DNA of 64,000 bases, taken from an uncultured Gammaproteobacteria bacterium (lineage in GTDB: Bacteria > Pseudomonadota > Gammaproteobacteria > CAWCPV01). Positions 20,806 to 31,816 of the stretch are shown here, piece by piece (within the stretch, counting starts at the first letter, position 1; the number at the start of each line of letters is the position of its first letter). The stretch is from assembly GCA_963797555.1 (NCBI GenBank), contig CAWCPV010000004.1, positions 256,001 through 320,000 of the forward strand, given 5' to 3'. The notes beneath the pieces are model-generated. The model was not told the DNA's origin and ran no database searches. It saw only the letters and a program-made list of their open reading frames with translations. A program made the position numbers and the translations under genes.

Positions 20806-21766
20806 GTGGACGCCGACGCTGACTGGCGTCCCGCTGCGACCTCGGCAATGCTGCGGCGGCGGGCTGCGCTACTCGGCGCGATCCGCGCCTTCTTCACCGC
20901 CCGTGGGGTCATGGAGGTGGATACGCCGGCTCTCTCGGCGACCGTCGTGCCGGAGAGCCACATCGAACACTTTGTGACCCGGTATCACGGGCCCGCTGCG
21001 CCGCAGGCGAACATACTCTACCTGCTACCCTCGCCGGAGGGGGCTATGAAGCGCCTGCTGGCGGCGGACAGCGGGCCCATCTACCAGATTTGCCACGTCT
21101 ACAGGAATGGCGAGCGCGGGAGACTGCACAATCCGGAGTTCACGCTGCTCGAGTGGTACCGCCCCGGGTTCGATCATGTGGCCCTCATGGAGGAGGTGGA
21201 TGCGTTGCTGCGCGAACTCCTTGCGACGCCGTCGGGGGAACGACTGAGCTACCGCGAGGCATTTCAGCGGCACATGGGGATCGATCCCTTCGAGGCGTCC
21301 ATCGAGGAACTGCAGTCGTGTGCCAGGCAGCGGGGATATCGGGGTCCAGATTCTCGGGCGCGAGGCTTGCCTCGACCTCCTGATGGGCGAGGCGGTCGGC
21401 CCGAACCTCGGCCTTCAACGACCAGCCTTTGTCTACGATTACCCGGCCTCCCAGGCGGCGTTTGCACGCGTGAGGGTCCCGTTCGCGGAGCGCTTCGAGG
21501 TGTATCTGCGTGGGGTGGAGCTTGCCAACGGCTTTCACGAGCTCGCCGACGCAGCCGAACAGCGTCGGCGCTTTCTGGCACAGCAAAGCCTACAGGAGGC
21601 CGCCGGGGGCATGCGGCCACCGATGGACGAGCGTCTCCTCGCCGCGCTGCGCTCGGGGCTTCCGGATTGCGCTGGGGTGGCCCTGGGGATAGATCGGCTC
21701 CTGATGTGCGCCTGCGCGGCGGCCCACATCGACGAGGTGATGACCTTTCCGCTGACCTGTGCCTGA
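20806..21766 (+). CDS. epmA: EF-P lysine aminoacylase (apparent +1 frameshift near 21340)
   Basis: WRPAA, EVDTP, SPE..MKRLL and HNPEFTLLEWY; continues in the next frame with AERFE, ELANGFHEL and GVALGIDRL. Confidence 0.92.
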
Positions 21767-22928
21767 GGATCTGGCGACGCAGCGGGCGGGACGCGCTGAG
21801 GAAGAGGCGCCGGCAGCGGGTGCCGTCCTCCGCCTGGAAGCGAGCAGCGGACGCCTCATTTGCCGCGGCTCATGGACACTCGGAAATGTGGGTGCCTTGA
21901 GGCGCCAGGTCGCGCTGCTGGATCTGGGGCAGCGCGACGCGCTGACCTGGGACATGGAAGCCATCAGCGCCTTGGATACCGCAGGTGCCTGCTTGATCCG
22001 GCGTACTCAGCGCGACCTGCAGGCGCGCGGTGTCGAGTTGGCCTCGCAGGGCCTGCGTCCGGAGCATGCAGCCTTGCTGCGCATGGTGGACGATCTGCCC
22101 GGCGCCGAGGCCGCAGCCTTTAGGGCCCCGCCACCGGCTCTGCTCGAACGCCTGGGCCGAGCGGTGTGGGAGCGCTGGCTCGAGGCCGTGAGGTTTCTCG
22201 CCTTCATCGGCGAGACCGGCATGGTTCAGGGTGCGTCGCTCCTCAAGCCTCGCCGTGTGCGCTGGACGAGCTTGGCGCACAACGTCATCCTGGTCGGATT
22301 CAACGCCCTGCCCATCGTCGGGCTGCTGTCCTTCCTCGTTGGGGTCGTCATCGCCTACCAGAGCGCCGTACAGTTGCGCCAATACGGTGCCAACGTCTAT
22401 CTCGCCGACTTGGTTGGGCTCTCGATGTTGCGGGAATTGGCGGGGTTGCTGACGGCGATCATCGTGGCCGGTCGTTCCGGGTCGGCCTTCACCGCGCAGA
22501 TCGGTACCATGCAGGTCACCGAGGAAGTGGACGCCTTGCGCACTCTCGGCATTTCCCCCGTCGAGTTGCTGGTGGTTCCGAAGGTTTGGGCGCTGGTTTT
22601 CGCCTTGCCCTTGCTGACCGTATGCGCCGACGTGATGGGGGTGGCGGGAGGGATGCTGATGGGGAGCGTGGTCCTGGGCGTGAGCTTCGCCACCTTCCTT
22701 GGCAGATTGCAGTACGCCGTGTCCCTGACGGACTTCCTTGTGGGAGTCGGCAAGGCGCCGGTGTTCGCGGTGATCATCGCCTTGGTGGGCTGCTTCCAGG
22801 GATTCCAGGTGAGGGGGGGCGCGGAGAGCGTCGGGCGCCAGACGACCGTCAGCGTGGTACAGGGAATATTTCTGGTCATTGTCGCGGACGCGGCGTTCTC
22901 CGTGGCCTTCAGCTGGTTTGGCATATGA
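21759..22928 (+). CDS. MlaE-family ABC permease with N-terminal STAS domain
   Basis: LDTAGA STAS motif; REL..LLTAIIVAGRSGSAFTAQIGTM..EEVDAL. Confidence 0.92.
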   Translation: MPEDLATQRAGRAEEEAPAAGAVLRLEASSGRLICRGSWTLGNVGALRRQVALLDLGQRDALTWDMEAISALDTAGACLIRRTQRDLQARGVELASQGLRPEHAALLRMVDDLPGAEAAAFRAPPPALLERLGRAVWERWLEAVRFLAFIGETGMVQGASLLKPRRVRWTSLAHNVILVGFNALPIVGLLSFLVGVVIAYQSAVQLRQYGANVYLADLVGLSMLRELAGLLTAIIVAGRSGSAFTAQIGTMQVTEEVDALRTLGISPVELLVVPKVWALVFALPLLTVCADVMGVAGGMLMGSVVLGVSFATFLGRLQYAVSLTDFLVGVGKAPVFAVIIALVGCFQGFQVRGGAESVGRQTTVSVVQGIFLVIVADAAFSVAFSWFGI

Positions 22929-23701
22929 ACCACGCGGTGGTGCAGGTCCGAGACCTGCGTACGCGGTTCGGACGCCAGACAGTGCACGAGGACATCAGCC
23001 TGGATGTCTACCGGGGTGAGGTATTCGCCCTGGTCGGCGGCAGCGGTTCCGGCAAGACGACGCTGCTGCGGGAGATCATCATGCTCCAGCGCCCGGCCTC
23101 GGGAACCATCCGCGTGCTCGGGGAAAACATACTGGCGATCGGCCACCGCGAGGTGCTCGCCTTGCGCCGGCGCATCGGAATGCTGTTTCAACGCGGGGCT
23201 TTGTTCAGCTCGCTTACCGTCGCCGAGAATGTCGCGATGCCCATGCGCGAGCACGCGGACCTGCCCGAGGATCTGCTGCGTGAGCTGGTGGCCGTTAAGA
23301 TCGCACTCACCGGGCTCCCGCCTGACGCTGCCGCGAAATATCCAAGGCAACTGAGCGGGGGGATGATCAAACGGGCGGCGCTCGCGCGCGCCATTGCCCT
23401 GGATCCGGAACTGCTGTTTCTCGATGAGCCATCCGCGGGCCTCGATCCCATCGGCGCCACCGCCCTCGACGAGCTGGTCGATCAGCTCAAGAACCTGCTG
23501 GGGCTGACGGTGGTGATGGTCACCCACGATCTCGACAGCCTGTGGCGAGTCGCGGACCGCGTGGCGCTGCTGGCCAAGGCGAGACTCCACGCCAGCGGCA
23601 CGCTCCCGGAGCTCTACGAATCGGACGATCCCGAGGTGGCGGCGTTCTTCCGCGGACCCCGGGGTCGAGCCGCAGAGACCCAGGCGTGGAGACGGATGTA
23701 A
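22925..23701 (+). CDS. MlaF-like ABC ATP-binding protein
   Basis: GGSGSGKT, LSGGMIKRAALARA and DEPSAGLDP. Confidence 0.92.
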   Translation: MNHAVVQVRDLRTRFGRQTVHEDISLDVYRGEVFALVGGSGSGKTTLLREIIMLQRPASGTIRVLGENILAIGHREVLALRRRIGMLFQRGALFSSLTVAENVAMPMREHADLPEDLLRELVAVKIALTGLPPDAAAKYPRQLSGGMIKRAALARAIALDPELLFLDEPSAGLDPIGATALDELVDQLKNLLGLTVVMVTHDLDSLWRVADRVALLAKARLHASGTLPELYESDDPEVAAFFRGPRGRAAETQAWRRM

Positions 23702-24612
23702 ATTACGCCCTCGTCGGCCTGTTCACCGTGGTGCTTGGCGCGGTGCTGGTGGCCATTGTGCTATGGCTCGGACCGCGGGAGTACCAGAAGTCGTATGAGA
23801 TCTACTATGCCTACATGAGCGAATCGGTGTCGGGTTTGAGCGTGGATGCCCCGGTGAAGTACCGGGGGGTGGAGGTGGGCAAGGTGAAGAAGATCGCCCT
23901 CGTGCTAGACAATCCAGAGCAAGTGCGCCTCACGCTTTATATCGAGCAAGGAACTCCGATCAAGCAGGACACCGTGGCAGTGCTGTCGGTACAAGGCTTG
24001 ACCGGCATCGCCTTCGTCGACCTCACCGGTGGCACCCGCGAGGCTCCGCCGCTGAGCGTTACGCAGGGACAGGAATACCCTGTCATCTCGACGGCCCCGT
24101 CGCTGTTCACACGGGTCGATACGACCCTGACGCAACTGGCTGCACGTCTCAATACCTTGGCAGACCAAACTACCGCTCTGCTGGGCGAGGACAACCGGAC
24201 CGCTCTGCGGCAGACGCTGGCCGACATCAGGGCCGTGGCAGAGACGCTCGCGGCACACAGCAACAGCCTGGGGCGCGGCATCGACGCAGCCGCTGGCGTC
24301 ATGGAGAACGCCGCACGGGCTGGCGCTCAGCTACCGGTCCTGGCGGATCGGACCGCACACGCACTGGAGTCGCTGCAGATGGCCGTCCAGTCCCTGCGGC
24401 GCACGGCGGCCGGCATCGACGACTTCTGGCAAGCCAATCGTCTCTACCTGCAGCGTTTTGCACGTCAGACACTTCCGGACATGGGGCAGTTGGTGGGCGA
24501 CCTGCGGCAGGTCTCCGCGAATGTGGATCGGCTTGTCCAGACGCTGGGCCAGCAACCCAATGCCCTCGTCTTTGGGCTTCCGACCGCCACGCCGGGGCCG
24601 GGGGAGCGGTGA
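23686..24612 (+). CDS. MlaD/MCE-family protein with helical extension
   Basis: N-terminal TM; SVSGL...PVKYRGVEVGKV MCE motif. Confidence 0.9.
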   Translation: METDVNYALVGLFTVVLGAVLVAIVLWLGPREYQKSYEIYYAYMSESVSGLSVDAPVKYRGVEVGKVKKIALVLDNPEQVRLTLYIEQGTPIKQDTVAVLSVQGLTGIAFVDLTGGTREAPPLSVTQGQEYPVISTAPSLFTRVDTTLTQLAARLNTLADQTTALLGEDNRTALRQTLADIRAVAETLAAHSNSLGRGIDAAAGVMENAARAGAQLPVLADRTAHALESLQMAVQSLRRTAAGIDDFWQANRLYLQRFARQTLPDMGQLVGDLRQVSANVDRLVQTLGQQPNALVFGLPTATPGPGER

Positions 24613-25319
24613 CCGTTGCAGGCGCCCTTCGGGTGGCAGGGTTAGGGGCGGTGCTTGCCTGTGGGGCCTGTGCGCTGGTACCGGGGGGCCGCCACTCACC
24701 GTCCGCCACCTTCGCACTGGACGAGTCCGTCGTCCGACAGCAGTGCGCGGCCTCCGCCAGGGTCGGTTCCCAGGGTGGTGTGGGTACCCTGCTGGTGTCG
24801 ACGCCGCGCGGCGCGCCGGGATTCGATACACCCCAAATGGCCTACGTACTGCGCCCGTACAGCCTCGACTACTATGCCTACAGCCGCTGGGTGGATACCC
24901 CTTCGCGCATGTTGGCCCCGCTCCTCGCAAGCTGCATGGACCAGACCGGGCAGTTCGCCGCAGTGGTACTGAGCCCCAGCACGGCTGCGGCGAATTGGCG
25001 TCTGGACAGCGAGCTGCTGTATCTACAGCAGGAGTTCACTCACAAGCCCAGCCAGGTGCGGCTGGGGCTACGGGCGCAGGTGCTGGACACACGCAGCGCC
25101 CAGATCGTCGCGCAGCGGTACTTCGAGCGGATCGTCCGGGCGCCGACGGACGACCCGTACGGCGGGGCGGTCGCGACCAACCGGGCGACGGGTCGCCTTC
25201 TCGCGGAGGTCGCCGAGTGGACGGTGGCGGCGACGGCCCGCCGTGCTCCGAGCAGAGCCTCAGGCAACCACGAGGCGGGTTCCGATGGTTTGGCCCATGC
25301 GCACCGGAGCTTGCGGTGA
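24609..25319 (+). CDS. PqiC-like ABC transport auxiliary lipoprotein
   Basis: Lipobox-like GAC; YYAYSRWVDTP; last gene of the MCE operon. Confidence 0.8.
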   Translation: MTVAGALRVAGLGAVLACGACALVPGGRHSPSATFALDESVVRQQCAASARVGSQGGVGTLLVSTPRGAPGFDTPQMAYVLRPYSLDYYAYSRWVDTPSRMLAPLLASCMDQTGQFAAVVLSPSTAAANWRLDSELLYLQQEFTHKPSQVRLGLRAQVLDTRSAQIVAQRYFERIVRAPTDDPYGGAVATNRATGRLLAEVAEWTVAATARRAPSRASGNHEAGSDGLAHAHRSLR

Positions 25320-26129
25320 CAGCTCGGACCTCCAGCGCACCTGCCCGACACCGAAAAGCACGATCACGGTGGACCCTAGGTTGAAGCGTCCCATCTCCTC
25401 GCCGCGTTCCAGCAAAATCGGGTCGGCTTGGCCGGTGTAGTCCCATCTGTTACCCCGGTGCAGATACGGAGGCGTCATCCGCCCGGACCACACCGTCTCG
25501 ATACTACCCACGCCGATGGCTCCCACCAGCACCACGGCCATCGGACCGGCCGGGCTGTCGAAGAGGGTCACGAGCCGCTCGTTGCGGGTGAACAGACCAG
25601 GCACCACCCGGGCGGTGCCGGTGTTGACGCTGAACAGGCGCCCGGGCACATAGACCATCTCCCGCAGCCGCCCCCGCAGCGGCATGTGTACCCGGTGGTA
25701 GTCCCGCGGTCCCAGGTACAGGGTCGCGAAGCTGCCGTCCCGGAAGGGCGCCGCCCGCTCGCGGAGGCCTCCCAACAGCGCGGTCAGCGAGTAGTGCCTC
25801 CCCTTGGCCTGAATCAGTGTCTCGCCGTGAAGCTCGCCTGCCTGGCTGACCGTCCCATCCACCGGACAGACTACCGCGTCGCCTTCCCGGACCATCGGTC
25901 GCGCGCCGGCCTTGAGAGCCCGCGTGAAGAAGCTATTGAAGTCGGGGTACGCCCGTAAATCACGCTCCTGTGCGGCGTCCAGGTCTACCTCATAGTGATG
26001 AGTGAACCAGCGGATCAAGGCGTTCTTCCACCACACCCAGCGCAGCCGCGCTACGCCGTACATCAGCCGCGACAACGCGTGCTGCGGCAGTAGGTACTGC
26101 GGGAGCACCCTGAGGTGGGCCGACAGCAT
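25260..26129 (-). CDS. psd: Phosphatidylserine decarboxylase proenzyme
   Basis: FNSFFTR, PVDG, DYHRVHMP, NER and GRFNLGST autocleavage site. Confidence 0.95.
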   Translation of the reverse strand: MLSAHLRVLPQYLLPQHALSRLMYGVARLRWVWWKNALIRWFTHHYEVDLDAAQERDLRAYPDFNSFFTRALKAGARPMVREGDAVVCPVDGTVSQAGELHGETLIQAKGRHYSLTALLGGLRERAAPFRDGSFATLYLGPRDYHRVHMPLRGRLREMVYVPGRLFSVNTGTARVVPGLFTRNERLVTLFDSPAGPMAVVLVGAIGVGSIETVWSGRMTPPYLHRGNRWDYTGQADPILLERGEEMGRFNLGSTVIVLFGVGQVRWRSELSPQAPVRMGQTIGTRLVVA

Positions 26130-26133
26130 GCGC

Positions 26134-27015
26134 TCAGGCCGGCGTGTGGGGGGCGGTGGGCTCTTGGTGGGCTCTGTCGCCGGGGACGAGGCGCATGGAC
26201 AGGTCGACTGCCCGCACGTGTTTAGTCAACGCACCGACCGAGACGTAGTCCACTCCCGTCTCGGCGATGGCTCGCAGGTCCTCTAGGCGCACGCTGCCCG
26301 ATGCCTCGAGCTTCGCACGGGCCTGGTTGATGGCCACCGCCTGACGTAGCGCGGCCAGCTCTAAGTTATCTAGCAGCACGATGTCGGCCCCGGATTCTAC
26401 GGCTTCGCCGAGCTGCTCCAAGTTCTCCACCTCCACTTCGAGAGGCACACCCGGCCAGCGCGATCGTGCGGCGCCCACCGCTGCGCGGATGGAGCCGAGC
26501 GCGCAGATGTGGTTCTCCTTGATAAGCAGGCCGTCATATAGCCCCCGCCGGTGGTTGCGGCAGCCGCCTACAACGACCGCGAACTTCTGGGCTGAGCGCA
26601 GGCCGGGCAGGGTCTTGCGGGTATCGAGCACTTTCGTGGCCAGACCCTCGACGGCTCGGGCATAACGCCGTGCCGTGGTCGCCACCCCGGACAGCGTCTG
26701 GAGGAAGTTCAGGGCGGTCCGCTCACCGGTCAGCATGGCCGGGGTAGGGCCGCGAACATCGCACAGCGCCTGGTCCGGGGATACCTCGTCGCCATCACGT
26801 GCACGCCACAGGATTTCGATGCGCGAGTCCAACTGGCGGAACACCTCGGCGAACCAGGCGCAGCCGCACAGTACTGCCCGTTCACGGCTGATCACCACTG
26901 CCGCAGCCCGGCCATCTTCGGGCAGCAACGCGGCGGTGAGGTCTCCGCTGCCCACGTCTTCGGCGAGTGCCCGTCTCACCGTGTCCGCGATGTCGTCCGG
27001 TAGGGCGGGGATCAT
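26134..27015 (-). CDS. nadC: Nicotinate-nucleotide diphosphorylase (carboxylating)
   Basis: [33 protein letters not shown] and EASG. Confidence 0.96.
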   Translation of the reverse strand: MIPALPDDIADTVRRALAEDVGSGDLTAALLPEDGRAAAVVISRERAVLCGCAWFAEVFRQLDSRIEILWRARDGDEVSPDQALCDVRGPTPAMLTGERTALNFLQTLSGVATTARRYARAVEGLATKVLDTRKTLPGLRSAQKFAVVVGGCRNHRRGLYDGLLIKENHICALGSIRAAVGAARSRWPGVPLEVEVENLEQLGEAVESGADIVLLDNLELAALRQAVAINQARAKLEASGSVRLEDLRAIAETGVDYVSVGALTKHVRAVDLSMRLVPGDRAHQEPTAPHTPA

Positions 27016-27369
27016 TCTCTGGCAGGTCAGCGGCGGCGTAGCGCGTTTTCCATTTCGGTGAGCACCAGCACCGACACGCCGGCGAGCACGACCCGGGTCC
27101 CGGCGGCGGGTGAGATGGCGGCCGTGCCGAAGAGGGCTTGGACGAACAACAGCTTGTGCTCCCATGCGGACCTAGACATCCACATCCCACCCCCGGCGCT
27201 ACGGCTCCTCACCGTCGCCGACTCGATCTCCTGACCAGTCATGGCGGTGCGGCCGCCGCCGAGCCGAGCAGCGCACCGTGACCTGGCAGGTCAGGGCACG
27301 GTCGCAGCAACCGGATTGCTCAGCGAGCCAAGAAAATCCGTGCCTTGAAGTACCGGATGCTGACCGATC

Positions 27370-28962
27370 TCAAGACGACCACAGTGTGCGCCGAAGCTCC
27401 TCGATTTCCGCGGTCAGCGGGGCCCTGAGGACGGCGGGGGCTGCGGAGTGGAGAAACTCGGCGAATGCCTCAATGGGGTCTTGGGGCCGATTTCGAATTT
27501 GGGCGTGCGCCGTCTCAAACCAGCGGGTGACCTCTTCGTGTGCGGTCTGCGCGTCGACAGGCCCGCCGGCGCCGAACCCGGAATACTCGACGAACACCAC
27601 CTCGGGTTTGCTGGAGAGGGAAGCCAACACCTGATCGGATAGCCCGGATACGCTGCCGGAGGCGGACAGGCGCGTTACCAGCGACTGCGCGTTGCGGAAC
27701 AGCCTGGTAATCTCCTGATGCAACCGCCCTAGCTGATCGGGATACAGCCGCAGCCCCGCCACCGGCAGGAAGCTCGACAGGGCGCCCGCAATCTGTTCGG
27801 CGGAATGTGGCGTCGGGGTTTCGTTCGTTAGACTGGCGAGCCGGACGATGTGGCGATCGAGAAGACTTCCCAAGCCCCGTGCCAACCGGACGGTCTCCCC
27901 GGCGCTCCTGCTCAGCGCGGAACGCAGGCCCTCCTCGCGGCCACCTTGCTGGAGACCGCGTGCGTGGACTGCCCACGCGGTCGTCTCGCGACCAAAGCCG
28001 AGGTCCTGCAGCAGAGCATCGAGGCGCGACAGCTCCCGGTTCATCGCGTCCCGGCGCTCGACCAGTAGCCTCTGCCTGCCCGTGACGACGGCGATCCTGG
28101 CCCTCAGCTCCTGCAGCCGCTTGCTGGTACCCGGCCGGCTCATCGTGGTGAGGGCGCGCTCGAGCTTCCGGAACACCCCCGACGGGGTATCGTCGGCGCT
28201 GGGCGCCAAGTCCTGCTGCAGGAGTTCTTGGTCCGCGCGCAGTGCGTGCAGAGCGTAGTGGATCGAACTGTCCAGCTCCTCCACGATGCGTGTGCGTTCC
28301 CGCTGGATGCGTTCCCGCTCCGCGACGACGAACGCCGCCAGCACGGCCTTCCGCAGCTCCGACTCAATCGCCAGATACTTTTCCAGGGCATGCGTGGTTT
28401 CCACCTGCTGAGCCGCGAGGGCGTCGAGGCGGTCCAGTGTGTCCTTGAGGTCTCCCACCGGCAGCAGGGGCTCCGTTTTCTCAGCCGATCCTTCTCTGGC
28501 GACCGCCAACGGAGCCCCCGACGCGACCCCTGTCAGCGCCGCCAATGAGCCCTCGAACGTCGCCTGTAGACGAGAGGCGTTCTCTTGGCGCATGTGTAGA
28601 ACAAGGCCGCGGAAGAGTGTTTCGGTATAGTCCCGCTTCCGCTCCAAGTCGATGCCCTCGCGGCCGGCGGGAGGGAATGCTGTCGGGGGTTCCCGATCCC
28701 CGCCCCCCCCGGCCGAGGTGTCCGCCTGCGCCTGGGGTTGCGTCGCGGCACCGGCGTAGTAGTCGAAGTACGTGCACTCCCGGCCGTCCACCACGACGCC
28801 CCAGACCTCGTGGCGTCCGGGGACGCTCGGCGCCGTTTTGGGCGGGGTATCGGCACCTTCGGCCGCGGACGGGCGCGCCGTATCGCCCTGGCCCACCGAA
28901 CCTGGTGTGCTTGGCTCGTTGCTCTTTACTACTGCGTCTTCAGGCTGCATAGAAGTGCGCAA
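27370..28962 (-). CDS. Hypothetical protein with disordered N-terminus and central coiled coil
   Basis: 530-codon ORF with GC3-rich codons and E/R/L-rich heptads; no family recognised. Confidence 0.7.
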   Translation of the reverse strand: MRTSMQPEDAVVKSNEPSTPGSVGQGDTARPSAAEGADTPPKTAPSVPGRHEVWGVVVDGRECTYFDYYAGAATQPQAQADTSAGGGGDREPPTAFPPAGREGIDLERKRDYTETLFRGLVLHMRQENASRLQATFEGSLAALTGVASGAPLAVAREGSAEKTEPLLPVGDLKDTLDRLDALAAQQVETTHALEKYLAIESELRKAVLAAFVVAERERIQRERTRIVEELDSSIHYALHALRADQELLQQDLAPSADDTPSGVFRKLERALTTMSRPGTSKRLQELRARIAVVTGRQRLLVERRDAMNRELSRLDALLQDLGFGRETTAWAVHARGLQQGGREEGLRSALSRSAGETVRLARGLGSLLDRHIVRLASLTNETPTPHSAEQIAGALSSFLPVAGLRLYPDQLGRLHQEITRLFRNAQSLVTRLSASGSVSGLSDQVLASLSSKPEVVFVEYSGFGAGGPVDAQTAHEEVTRWFETAHAQIRNRPQDPIEAFAEFLHSAAPAVLRAPLTAEIEELRRTLWSS

Positions 28963-29276
28963 AAGGCTGGCCGTGCCGCTACCGGCAAGGCATACAGATG
29001 CGTGGCCAGCAGATTATGAACCGGCGAGCCCGGGATATAAATCCCTCCCGCGATGTGATGGAGTGTTTAGAGACCATCGCAGTTCACTCTCTAAAGAATA
29101 ATCGAACCTTTACCTTGGAGGGGGCTCGCGCGCCCCGCCCGACCCATCTTGCTCTGTTTCTCGTCGGGGTCTCGCAGCGGCACCCCAACCTGCACGCTAT
29201 AGCGTAGACGACGGAAGAAGGTCAGGCAACGGTTTCGCCGCTCCATAGCGCAACTCGGTGTCCGGCGCTCCCGACA

Positions 29277-30660
29277 GAGCTATGCTCGAATCTGGTGTAC
29301 GGGGTTTGAGTGAGGCGGCGTATCCGGCTGGAATGTGAAGGGACCAGAGACACAAGCCAGCCGTGGAGGATACGCCGATGGATAACGATAGACCGATGGA
29401 CGGCAGAGTGCCAGAGGGCGAGACGAGCGACCTGCTGACCGAACTTCTGAGAACGGGAGCGCGGCAACTGATTGCGCAGGCGGTGGAAGCGGAGCTGACC
29501 GAATTCCTGGGGGCAGTTCCAGGGCGTGAAGTCGTTGGATGGCCGGGCGGCTGTGGTGCGAAACGGCTACCTGCCAGAGCGTGAGATCCGGACGGGTGTG
29601 GGGCCGGTCGCGGTGAAGGTGCCCAGGGTGCGAGACCGCAGTGGGTCAGGCATTCGGTTCCACTCCCGGTGCGGCGCACCAGGAGCTTGGAGGAGTTGCT
29701 GCCTTGGCTGTATTTGAAGGGAGTCTCCACGGGCGATTTTCAGGAGGCGTTGGCTTCATTGCTAGGCGAGCAGGCCGAGGGGCTGTCGCCTTCGACCCTC
29801 AGCCGGCTGAAACGTCAATGGGAAGAGGAGCACCAGCGCTGGGCACGCCGGGACCCCTCAGGCAAGCGCTACGTGTATTGGTGGGCCGATGGGGTGTACT
29901 TCAATGTGCGTGGGGAACAGGCGCGCGAATGCCTGCTCGTCATCGTCGGAGTGACCGAACAGGGCACCAAGGAGTTCGTGGCCATTGAGGACGGCTTCCG
30001 GGAGTCGGAGCAGAGCTGGCTGGAGGTCCTGACGCGGCTCAAGCACCAGGGGCTGAAGGTCGGTCCCGAACTCGCCGTCGGCGATGGCGCTTTGGGCTTG
30101 TGGAAGGCGCTCACCAAAGTCTACGACCAAACACGCCATCAGCGCTGTTGGGTGCACAAGAGGCTAACGTGCTGAACAAGCTCCCCAAGAGTCTCCAGCC
30201 GAAGGCCAAGAGCGCTCTTCACGAGATCTGGATGGCTGAAAGCCGCCACCAGGCGCAGAAGGCCTTTGAGGCGTTCCTCGACACCCACCGTGACAAGTAT
30301 CCCAAGGCGGCACAGTGCCTGGAGAAGGACCGCGAGCAACTGCTTGCCTTCTACGACTTTCCAGCCGTGCATTGGCAGCACATCCGCACCACCAACCCCA
30401 TCGAGTCGACCTTCGCCACAGTACGGCTTCGCACCGACAAGACCCGGGGTTGCGTGTCACGCCAGAGCTTCCTGGCGATGGTCTACAAGCTCGGCCAGAG
30501 CGCGGCCAAACGCTGGCGTCGACTCAGGGGCTTCGAACGCTTGGCCGAGGTCATTGCCGGGGTGAAATTCAAAGATGGAGTGCGTGTGGAAGCTGCGGAA
30601 GCCAACCGGATCGCCGCCTGATTCAGCCCATGCTCATACACCAGACTCTGACTATATCTC
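29277..30660 (+). mobile_element. IS256-family element with degenerate transposase
   Basis: Imperfect TIRs (GAGCTATGCTCGAATCTGGTGTA / GAGATATAGTCAGAGTCTGGTGTA) and a 9-bp TSD CTCCCGACA at 29268-29276 and 30661-30669. Confidence 0.92.
29377..30621 (+). pseudogene. IS256 transposase pseudogene (several frameshifts and deletions)
   Basis: RNGY, VKVPRVRDR, WADGVY, GDGALG, QRCWVHK and RTTNPIES, spread over different frames. Confidence 0.9.
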
Positions 30661-31816
30661 CTCCCGACACGCGTTCCCCCCCAACGGTTCATGGCGACAC
30701 TCGCCACGGCGCGCGAAAGCCGTTGCGGCGCCAGGGGGTCGCCGACGGCGCCGGGCGATTGTGACAGATATCGCCGAGCGCGCTGATACCTTATAACGGT
30801 TAGCTGTCTGCTGGCTCGGTCGGTCGCTCTCGGGACGCTCAGCAGATTTGTCCACAGGCTCTGGGCCGGAGTGGTAAGGTCGGCCAGTGAGAAAAGACCT
30901 CCTGTCAGGGCTTCCCGTCCTTTTGAGCGGCAAATACTGTCGTAGCACAGCGTGGGCAGGGTGCTGGTGTGAAGGGTAGAGCTGTGGCTGCCACAGGGGC
31001 GTCCGCCGGTGGTCCTTTGACGGCAGGGTTAGCGAGAGGCACACTTGGCGCAGTTCCCGTAACATTACGACTGCGCATCCTCGTTGACGCGCCACGGCAG
31101 CTATGAGCGGTTCCACCGGCTCGGCACATCGGCACATATGATGCCTCGCTCGTGTAGCCGAGAAGCGCACGGTAGGGGCTGGAGTGAGCGGATGTCGTCT
31201 GGCCTCTAAAATCATGGGGAGCGAAGCCCCTGGGGGTTGAGGGCACCGAGACCTTGACCAGTGCCTGGGTACCAGGATGCCACGCGAATGTCGTTGCGCG
31301 TCGGGCCCGCACGCTCTTAATTGCGCCGGAAATCAAAGCGCCGGGTGCTGCCGGGGTACTGGACCGCTGTGGCGACACGTCAGGCGAGATTGGGAAGGCG
31401 ACATAGGAAGAGCCGTCTGGACCGCCTGCCCCGGCGCCCGATCGGATGCCGGACGGCCGACCGCGAGGTGTCGCGGAGGTCGCTCCGCAAGCGGCGGTCT
31501 CCAGCGATGGAGTCAGGGTGTGAACTTCCCCCTGGGACCGAGGTGATGGACTTCTTCCGGGATGGCGCGGAGCCGCTCCATGCAGCTTTTGACAGGGCTC
31601 ACGGCGGTGGAGAAGCCCACTCGTTGTCTGGACTGCCTGCGTTCCAAACGTCCTCGGCGCCAGCGCACCGCCGAGGGTCTCGGGCGGTACCTTCTCAGGC
31701 CACCGGCACGCGTCGAGGTTCCGGCTGCCGGAGGCCTCTGGTCCCGTTGCCACGCCAACGGGTCGACTGGTTAGGTGGGGCCTGAGGCGCTTGAGGCTGC
31801 ACCTGACAAGAATTGA

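Noticed and set aside
25260-25319. 60-bp convergent overlap of the PqiC-like gene and psd
   Set aside because: The non-conserved tail extension is common in GC-rich genomes, and there is no evidence of function.
27027-27242. 71-aa ORF upstream of nadC
   Set aside because: No recognisable motif and weak support; it may be non-coding or a remnant.
30661-31812. ORFs or a c-di-GMP riboswitch between IS256 and IS5
   Set aside because: The ORFs look like Arg/Pro-rich noise, and the GCGAAAGC-containing segment near 30710 lacks the other riboswitch consensus elements.
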